Assembly: GCA_049976425.1 (NCBI GenBank)
Contig: JBMFIG010000024.1
Location: 1-20,815 of the forward strand
Origin: Thermoproteus sp.
Lineage (GTDB): Archaea > Thermoproteota > Thermoprotei > Thermoproteales > Thermoproteaceae
DNA length: 20,815 bases
Reading direction: 5' to 3'
Part shown: piece after piece, positions 15,261 to 20,815 of the stretch
Layout of the letters: each line of letters starts with the position of its first letter
Numbering within the stretch: position 1 is the stretch's first letter
Translations under genes and position numbers: made by a program
Notes under the pieces: generated by a model
Told to the model about the DNA's origin: nothing
The model's input: only the letters and a program-made list of their open reading frames with translations
The model's database searches: none

Positions 15261-16610
15261 GTGTTCAAGGCGAGGATAAGGGGGATCTTCGCCACCGCGT
15301 TGACGAAGCTGGCGCTGGACTGGGGATTCTCCATAGTACAGCCCACGGAGGCCGTAGCGGAGAGGCTCGGGCTGGCGCCGGACTTAAGCCCTCCCGACGT
15401 GACAGTCAAGGACCACGAGAGCAGGTCGGGCGTCGTCGTGCTGGGCCGTTGCGATGCGGCCGACGCCCTCGTCGGCCGGTTGAGGGAGGAGCTGGACCCC
15501 TTCGTGGCCAAGGCCAAGGACGGCGTAAAAGAGATATTCGTCGGGGTTCCCTACGAGGAGGGGGGCAGATACTACGTCAAGACGCCGGGCGGCGGGGTTG
15601 CCGAGATACCGGGCAGATATGTGGTGTACCCCTCGCCGAGGCTTTTCACGGTCTTGAGGCCGCCTATAGGGCCCAAGCGAGGCGTGGCCGTGCCGGAGCT
15701 CTTCGTGGCTGGCCGCTATCTGGAGCTGGACACAGTGGGCGGGGTCAAGTACAGCAGATTCATAGGCCCCGAGGACAGGCTGAGGCTCGGCATTTTGGCG
15801 GACGGAAAGCTGAGACAGCTCGCGCAAGGCCTCGGCGTGAGGTTCAAGTCGTCGGCGCGTTTCGCCGGCGAGGACGCCCTCCTGGAGGAGGCCAGAGCCC
15901 TCTACGAGGAGCTGGTGAGGCTGTCCTCGGGGAGCTGGAGGGAGGGGGAGGTCGTGAGGCAGGGCGACTGCCTCTACATCGTGTTGTTCGACTCGGAGGC
16001 CAAGAGGCGGCTCGACGAGGTCAGGTCGTCTGTCGTGCCGACAATCAGAGGCCACCACGCCTTGAGGGCGCAGGGGCTGGGGAAGTGCCTCGACCTTCTG
16101 GACTACGCCGGCGCCGACGTGTACGAGCGGGCCGCCGAATATTTAGCGAGGAGCGACGTCGCTATCCTCCACGTGAAGCCTTGGGGCGACGTGATAGCCA
16201 TGCGCGGCAGATCGCTCGGCTTCAAGAACGGCGTCTTGGTCGTGCGGAGGGAGTTGAGGCCTGGCGGCGTGTTGGACGGGCTAGGGGTCAGGATAGAGAG
16301 GGGGTTCTACGCCCTGACCTGCGTGGCGCCGGGCTCGACCTACGTGGTCCACAGCTACTACGACGCGTCGGGGAGGCTCGTCGGCTCCTACATAAATATA
16401 AACAGCCCAGCCGAGATAGGCCGTAGGGTTATCTACGTGGATCTGCTCGTGGACAAGGCCGTGTCCGCAGAAGGCGAACGGGTCCTAGACCTCGAGGAGG
16501 CCGCGGCGTACGCCGAGTACTTCCCCCGCCGATATAGGAACCCAGAGAGGCTGATCCCCGAAGGCAGACTCGTCTGCACGGAGGACGGGATAGAGCGGGG
16601 GCGTAGTTGA
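15261..16610 (+). CDS. fau-1: Probable ribonuclease FAU-1 (AU-rich RNA-binding, DUF402 C-terminus)
   Basis: Start GTG 15261 gives MFKARIRGIFATALTKL; also PTIRGHH, HVKPWG, LDGLG, GSYININSPAE and YVDLLVD. AT-rich box TTATTAA lies about 25 nt upstream. Confidence 0.88.
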   Translation: MFKARIRGIFATALTKLALDWGFSIVQPTEAVAERLGLAPDLSPPDVTVKDHESRSGVVVLGRCDAADALVGRLREELDPFVAKAKDGVKEIFVGVPYEEGGRYYVKTPGGGVAEIPGRYVVYPSPRLFTVLRPPIGPKRGVAVPELFVAGRYLELDTVGGVKYSRFIGPEDRLRLGILADGKLRQLAQGLGVRFKSSARFAGEDALLEEARALYEELVRLSSGSWREGEVVRQGDCLYIVLFDSEAKRRLDEVRSSVVPTIRGHHALRAQGLGKCLDLLDYAGADVYERAAEYLARSDVAILHVKPWGDVIAMRGRSLGFKNGVLVVRRELRPGGVLDGLGVRIERGFYALTCVAPGSTYVVHSYYDASGRLVGSYININSPAEIGRRVIYVDLLVDKAVSAEGERVLDLEEAAAYAEYFPRRYRNPERLIPEGRLVCTEDGIERGRS

Positions 16611-16654
16611 AATCCGCTACGTAAAATTTTTCAGACGAGCCGTAGGCGGACGCC

Positions 16655-16879
16655 GTGAGGCCTATCGTCGTCGGCCGGATATCTAGAGAACAAGCGGAGG
16701 CTTTGATGAGGCTCGGCTTCTCCGTACTGGACGGCTCGGCCGAGCTGGAGAGGTTGAGGGATTCCTTTGTGCTGGTGGTCGGCGACGAGGCCTTGGCCAA
16801 ACGCCTGGGCGCCGCCTATATGAGCGCGGAGGAGCTCGAGGCCTTTCTGAAATTCGCCGAGTCGGAGCCTCTGGCCTAG
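16655..16879 (+). CDS. Hypothetical protein
   Basis: 74 aa, protein-like, fills the gap between fau-1 and the SDR; AT-rich box upstream at about 16622-16631. Confidence 0.65.
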   Translation: MRPIVVGRISREQAEALMRLGFSVLDGSAELERLRDSFVLVVGDEALAKRLGAAYMSAEELEAFLKFAESEPLA

Positions 16880-17622
16880 AGGGCCGAGCCGTGCCTTAAG
16901 GTCTCGCCCGAGTCCACGACCAGCACCTGGCCTGTTACAGTCGGTATCTTGATCAAGGCGACCACGGCCTCGGCCACGTCCTCAGGCGAGACGAGCCGCC
17001 CCAACAAGGTGTACCTCTTGGCGTACTCCGCCTCGTCGAGGCCTAGGAGGGCCAGGAGGCTGTCCCCCATCTTGGTCTTGACCACGCCCGGAGCCACCGC
17101 GTTGACGCGGATCTTGGGCGCGAGCTCGGTGGCGAGCGCCTTGGTCAGATTTAATATCGCTGCCTTCATGGCGCTGTATATCGACAGCCCGTAGAAAGGC
17201 GCGATGCCGGCTATCGAGGCCACGTTCACTATGACGCCGCCGTCCCGCATGACCCTCGCCGCCTCTTGCGAGCAGTAGACCACCGACTTGAAGGTGACCT
17301 CTATCTGTTTCTCCACGAGCTTGTCGTCGGCGTCGAGGAAGCGCGAGTAGAGGCCGAGGCCGGCGTTGTTGACCAACACGTCGAGCCCGCCGAAGAGGCC
17401 CAACGCCTCGCCGACAAGCCGCCTACACCCCTCGCGTGTCGCCACGTCGGCCATGACCACGGCGCCGTCGCCCCCCGCCTGCCTCACCAGCCTCAAGGTC
17501 TCCTCGGCCTCCTCCCGCCCCCGCTTGGCGTTGACGACGACCTTAAATCCGTCGCGCGCCAGCCTAACCGCTACGGCCCTCCCTATGCCGCGGCCGGATC
17601 CCGTAACTATAGCAACTCCCAT
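16876..17622 (-). CDS. Short-chain dehydrogenase/reductase (FabG-like)
   Basis: TGSGRGIG, LVNNAG, VNVAS, catalytic YSAMK and RVNAVAPG. Confidence 0.92.
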   Translation of the reverse strand: MGVAIVTGSGRGIGRAVAVRLARDGFKVVVNAKRGREEAEETLRLVRQAGGDGAVVMADVATREGCRRLVGEALGLFGGLDVLVNNAGLGLYSRFLDADDKLVEKQIEVTFKSVVYCSQEAARVMRDGGVIVNVASIAGIAPFYGLSIYSAMKAAILNLTKALATELAPKIRVNAVAPGVVKTKMGDSLLALLGLDEAEYAKRYTLLGRLVSPEDVAEAVVALIKIPTVTGQVLVVDSGETLRHGSAL

Positions 17623-17637
17623 GGAGAAAAGAGGGGT

Positions 17638-17991
17638 TTACCGAGGGACGTCCGTGACGTCGAAGGAGAGCTCGCCCCACTCCCGCGTCTTCGCCTTTAT
17701 CTCTATCTTGTGGGGCCCGCTCCCGAGCGTAAGCCCCTTGAGGACCACCGTGACCTCGTCTCTGACCGAGAACTTATAGCCCTGCTGTTCCAGCTGGGCT
17801 GCCGGATATCTGCCCGAGGACGTGACAACCTCGACCTTGTCCTTGGGGACGGCGGCGTCGTCCACCGATATCCTCAAGTCGACTATGGTGGCGGGCGCCA
17901 GCATGTTCCTCAGCTTGAACTCTGCGCCGTCGGGGCCGTTCCTCAGACTCCCCTGGACGTATAGTTGCCTCAGAACGGAGGCCGGAAGCAT
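17638..17991 (-). CDS. Hypothetical beta-rich protein
   Basis: 117 aa (LYVQGSLRN..FKLRN..GPHKIEIK) with a beta-sandwich-like pattern; 15 nt upstream of the SDR start. Confidence 0.75.
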   Translation of the reverse strand: MLPASVLRQLYVQGSLRNGPDGAEFKLRNMLAPATIVDLRISVDDAAVPKDKVEVVTSSGRYPAAQLEQQGYKFSVRDEVTVVLKGLTLGSGPHKIEIKAKTREWGELSFDVTDVPR

Positions 17992-18035
17992 ATAGCCTTA
18001 GGAAAATCGATTTATATCAATATCCTCCGACTCTC

Positions 18036-18317
18036 GTGCGGGTTTCCTACGACAAGTTGAGGAGGTACGTCGAGTCCACGCCGGGCTACGCCGTGAGGGA
18101 AGTCGGCGACTCGGTAGAGCTCTACTTCGCCACGCCGTCCATGGACGAGGCCGCGGGGATAGGCGAGGGAGGCGAGGGCAGACAGATCGTGATAAGGGGG
18201 ACTAGAAGAGGCGACTACGTCGAGTTCACCAAGGCATACGTCAAGGCAGGCGACAAGGAAGAGCCGATAGACCTGAGAGATCTCGAGCTCTGGATCCAGT
18301 ACATAGAGAATTTTTAA
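18036..18317 (+). CDS. Hypothetical protein
   Basis: 93 aa acidic protein; TTTATAT box about 20-26 nt upstream in a divergent promoter gap. Confidence 0.75.
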   Translation: MRVSYDKLRRYVESTPGYAVREVGDSVELYFATPSMDEAAGIGEGGEGRQIVIRGTRRGDYVEFTKAYVKAGDKEEPIDLRDLELWIQYIENF

Positions 18318-18462
18318 CCTATAGTAGTAATTGACGACCCCCGAGGCGGGGCATATGGGCGGCCGCCACCTAGGCGGCTGCGGCCGCGACGTTTCGGTTC
18401 TGCTTCTGCCTCAACGCGGTCGAAATAGTAAAAAGTTTTATTTTAGCCAAACGTGGACCCAC

Positions 18463-19323
18463 ATGGCCTGGAGGAGGCCGGAGGTGGAGGTCGTTAGGGA
18501 CTACCTCGTCTTGATGAAGCCTAAGGTCATCTGGCTTTTAATCCTATCGTCGCTGATAGGCTACGTCGTGGCGGCATCGCCGAACATCTCTTGGGCGAAG
18601 ATCGCCGAGCTCGCCGTCGTGGGCCTCCTCTCCACCGGCGGCTCTGCGGCCTTCAACCAGTACTGGGAGAGGGATATTGACGCAAGGATGGGCAGGACGT
18701 CGAGGAGGCCTCTGCCCAGCGGCAGGCTGAGGCCGGGCGCCGCGCTGGCCTATTCCCTAGCCCTATCGTTCTCCGGCCTCGCCCTGTCTTGGATCTGGCT
18801 GGGGCCGTCGGCCACGGCCGCCGTGGCGTCGGGCTGGCTGTTCTACTCGGTGGTGTACACCGTGTTGCTCAAGAGGAGGCATTGGTCCAACATACTCTGG
18901 GGCGGCTTCGCGGGGAACGCCGCTTATCTTTCCGGCTGGCTCGCCGCGAGGCCCATGGCCTTAGAGGCCTTCCTCGAATCCATGGCGATATATGTATGGA
19001 TCCCGGCCCACATATGGTCCCTCGCCTACGTCTACCGCGACGAGTACAGAGAGGCGGGGGTGCCGATGCTGACCGCCATGTTGCCCGAGGACAGGGCGGT
19101 GTCGCTCATCGCGGCTCTAGACGCGGCCTCGGCCGCGTACATGTGGGCGTTGGCCTACGCCTTCAACGGGCTCCTAGGCGCGGCGGTCATGGCGCCCGTC
19201 GCCGTCGCGGCGTTGTCGCTAGGCGTGTTGGCGCTCCGCGAGAGGAGCGATAGGGCGTTCTGGCGCGTTTTTAAGATAAGCAGCCCTCTGTTGACATTCT
19301 TCTTCATATCTTTGTTGGTCTAG
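18463..19323 (+). CDS. ctaB: Protoheme IX farnesyltransferase (heme o synthase, UbiA family)
   Basis: LMKPKVIWLL, NQYWERDIDARMGRTSRRPLPSG, YTVLLKRR, WIPAHIWSLA and DEYREAGVPML. Start ATG 18463 follows a TTTTATTT box. Confidence 0.92.
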   Translation: MAWRRPEVEVVRDYLVLMKPKVIWLLILSSLIGYVVAASPNISWAKIAELAVVGLLSTGGSAAFNQYWERDIDARMGRTSRRPLPSGRLRPGAALAYSLALSFSGLALSWIWLGPSATAAVASGWLFYSVVYTVLLKRRHWSNILWGGFAGNAAYLSGWLAARPMALEAFLESMAIYVWIPAHIWSLAYVYRDEYREAGVPMLTAMLPEDRAVSLIAALDAASAAYMWALAYAFNGLLGAAVMAPVAVAALSLGVLALRERSDRAFWRVFKISSPLLTFFFISLLV

Positions 19324-19371
19324 CGGGCGGTCTGAGGCGACATGTTTATAAGGACAGGCGTGAGGAGGTCT

Positions 19372-19614
19372 ATGGTCGACGCGTTTGTGTTCATAAATAC
19401 CGATATAGGCGCCGAGGACGAGATCCTCGACGTGTTGTCCAAGATGCCGGAGGTGAAGGAGGCCATGATAGTCTACGGGCCCTACGACCTAGTGGTGCGG
19501 ATCTCCACGGACACCACGGAGAATCTGCGGAAGATAGTCTCCGACAAGATAAGGAAAATACCCAAGATCAGGAGCACGACGACCTTGATAATAGCCAAGT
19601 CCATTGTCAAATAG
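19372..19614 (+). CDS. Stand-alone Lrp/AsnC ligand-binding (RAM) domain protein, no HTH
   Basis: AFVFINT, EVKEAMIVYGPYDLVVRI, IRSTTTLI; 80 aa from ATG 19372 with TTTATAAG upstream. Confidence 0.88.
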   Translation: MVDAFVFINTDIGAEDEILDVLSKMPEVKEAMIVYGPYDLVVRISTDTTENLRKIVSDKIRKIPKIRSTTTLIIAKSIVK

Positions 19615-19629
19615 CTTTCCCCCTTTTTC
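19615..19629 (+). terminator. Probable pyrimidine-rich archaeal terminator
   Basis: CTTTCCCCCTTTTTC directly after the stop codon. Confidence 0.4.
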
Positions 19630-19685
19630 AAGACCGGCGCGTCGACGGCGGGGCAAACTATTTATAGTGTTGGTGGTGGCGCCTC

Positions 19686-20135
19686 GTGCCGACCTTCAAG
19701 GTAGTGGTGTCGGATCCCATGAGCGGGAAGGCGATCCAGCTGGAGGTGAAGGACCCGGCCGCCCAGAGGTTCATAGGGCTGAAGATAGGCGACTACGTCG
19801 ACGCCTCCATCCTGCCCGACCTGAAGGCGCCGCAAGGCGCCAGGCTGTTGATAACAGGCGGCAGCGGCATAGAGGGCGCGCCTATGTTGCCGGGCGTGCC
19901 CGGGCAGGTGAAGAAATACGCCATACTCTCCGGAGGGCCCGGCTACAAGCCCAGAAAGGAGGGCGAGCGCAGGAAGAAGCTCGTGAGGGGCAACACCATA
20001 TCGGACCAAATAGTGCAGATAAACACCGTGTTGATCTACCCCGAGGGCTATAGGGGGCCGCCGGCCATAGCCGTCGGCGCCAAGGAGGCGGCCAAGCTGA
20101 CCGGCCAACAACAGACCGAGGGGCAACAGTCCTAG
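19686..20135 (+). CDS. rps6e: 30S ribosomal protein S6e
   Basis: FKVVVSDP..GK, FIGLKIGD, LITGGS..GAPM, GPGYKPRKEGERRKKLVRGNTISDQIVQIN. Confidence 0.95.
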   Translation: MPTFKVVVSDPMSGKAIQLEVKDPAAQRFIGLKIGDYVDASILPDLKAPQGARLLITGGSGIEGAPMLPGVPGQVKKYAILSGGPGYKPRKEGERRKKLVRGNTISDQIVQINTVLIYPEGYRGPPAIAVGAKEAAKLTGQQQTEGQQS

Positions 20136-20674
20136 AGGAGCCTCGGCAGGAGCATTATAATGAAGGACACCACCGGGACCGTCACGTTGTCGTCTACGGG
20201 CGGCCACTCGAAGTGCTCCACCACGCTGGCCACGGCGCCGGCAAGGGCCCCGATGGGCCCTGCATATATGTAGCCTATGGGTATCGAGACGGCCGCCATG
20301 GCTAGGTTGCCCCACCACGACTTGGTCCTCCTCCCGAACAACGCGTTCCTGACTATGCCCGTGGCGGCGTCGCCGAAGGCCATGAAGGAGATAGCCGCTA
20401 TGCCTACGTTGAGATCCCCGAGCACTGCCCAGGTCAGGAAGACTATCAGAGCCCAGGACAGCGTGAAGTGGATCTCGTAGGCGTTGTCGGGCGTCTGGAA
20501 CCAGTACATCAACCTCCCGGTCCTCCTGGGTATGTACAGGAAGACGCTTAACAGAAGGGCCATGGCCACCGGGATCGCCCAGCTTGAGAACAACGGGAGG
20601 GAGATCGCCACGAGGCCGCCGGCCAGTATATGTATTATCTTCCGGTTGAAGTAGACCGCGCGCGTGGGCGCCAT
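20132..20674 (-). CDS. Dolichol/phytol kinase-like membrane protein (cytidylyltransferase family), probably N-terminally truncated
   Basis: NRKIIHILAGG, MAFGDAATGIV, KSWWG, VVEHFE and VDDNVTVP. Protein-like sequence continues upstream in frame (VYLTRKLYERWTARG) to about 20719 and then stops abruptly. Confidence 0.8.
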   Translation of the reverse strand: MAPTRAVYFNRKIIHILAGGLVAISLPLFSSWAIPVAMALLLSVFLYIPRRTGRLMYWFQTPDNAYEIHFTLSWALIVFLTWAVLGDLNVGIAAISFMAFGDAATGIVRNALFGRRTKSWWGNLAMAAVSIPIGYIYAGPIGALAGAVASVVEHFEWPPVDDNVTVPVVSFIIMLLPRLL

Positions 20675-20719
20675 GCCCCTGGCGGTCCAGCGCTCGTAGA
20701 GCTTCCTCGTGAGGTATAC

Positions 20720-20815
20720 CCCCTTTCTGCTCTCCGGGCGTCCCTGGGGGCCTGGGGGTCCCGGGTTGCTCCCGGGACGGGGCCGCCCGGAGGGTTGACG
20801 CCGCCCCTTCGGCAG
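20720..20815. other. GC-rich structured non-coding segment (end of an inserted element or of a structured RNA), partial
   Basis: Nested inverted repeats at 20732-20740/20784-20792 and 20758-20765/20771-20778. The in-frame translation is Pro/Gly/Arg-rich and unlike the adjacent membrane protein. Confidence 0.5.

Noticed and set aside
197-20480. Many long alternative-frame and antisense ORFs (e.g. 197-868, 1509-2378, 2407-3213, 10961-11749, 13600-14772, 15449-16426, 19662-20318)
   Set aside because: They are Arg/Pro/Gly- or Ser/Ala-rich shadows of real genes, expected at high GC, with no recognisable motifs.
1-20815. CRISPR array, tRNA or rRNA genes
   Set aside because: No regularly spaced repeats or cloverleaf found by eye. 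The tRNA-like 13-mer at 10863-10875 is explained as the complement of an sRNA guide.

Overview
Gene-dense, GC-rich archaeal chromosome segment, most likely a Thermoproteaceae crenarchaeon (Thermoproteus/Pyrobaculum-like). This is inferred from ribosomal protein S6e, FAU-1, LysK, very short intergenic gaps and TATA boxes about 25 nt before start codons. Housekeeping and metabolic genes include lysK, two MFS transporters, an AhbC/NirJ-like radical SAM enzyme, a fucose-isomerase-like protein, a SagB-type oxidoreductase, surE, fau-1, an SDR, ctaB/cyoE, a stand-alone Lrp ligand-binding domain, rps6e and a dolichol-kinase-like gene. The most interesting block is 4774-10110 (-): an atypical CstA-family transporter, followed by two translationally coupled, cysteine-free ArsA/Get3-family ATPases (one intact, one with degenerate catalytic motifs), two paralogous small proteins that bracket them, and two hypothetical genes. 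This looks like an uncharacterised multi-component transport or targeting system. Also found: a C/D-box sRNA at 10833-10882 (-) that probably guides tRNA Gm18 methylation, the end of an IS200/IS605-type element at the left edge, a methyltransferase-like gene split by a one-base frameshift, and a structured GC-rich insertion or ncRNA truncating the last gene at the right edge. All family calls come from motif recognition and recall; no database searches were run.
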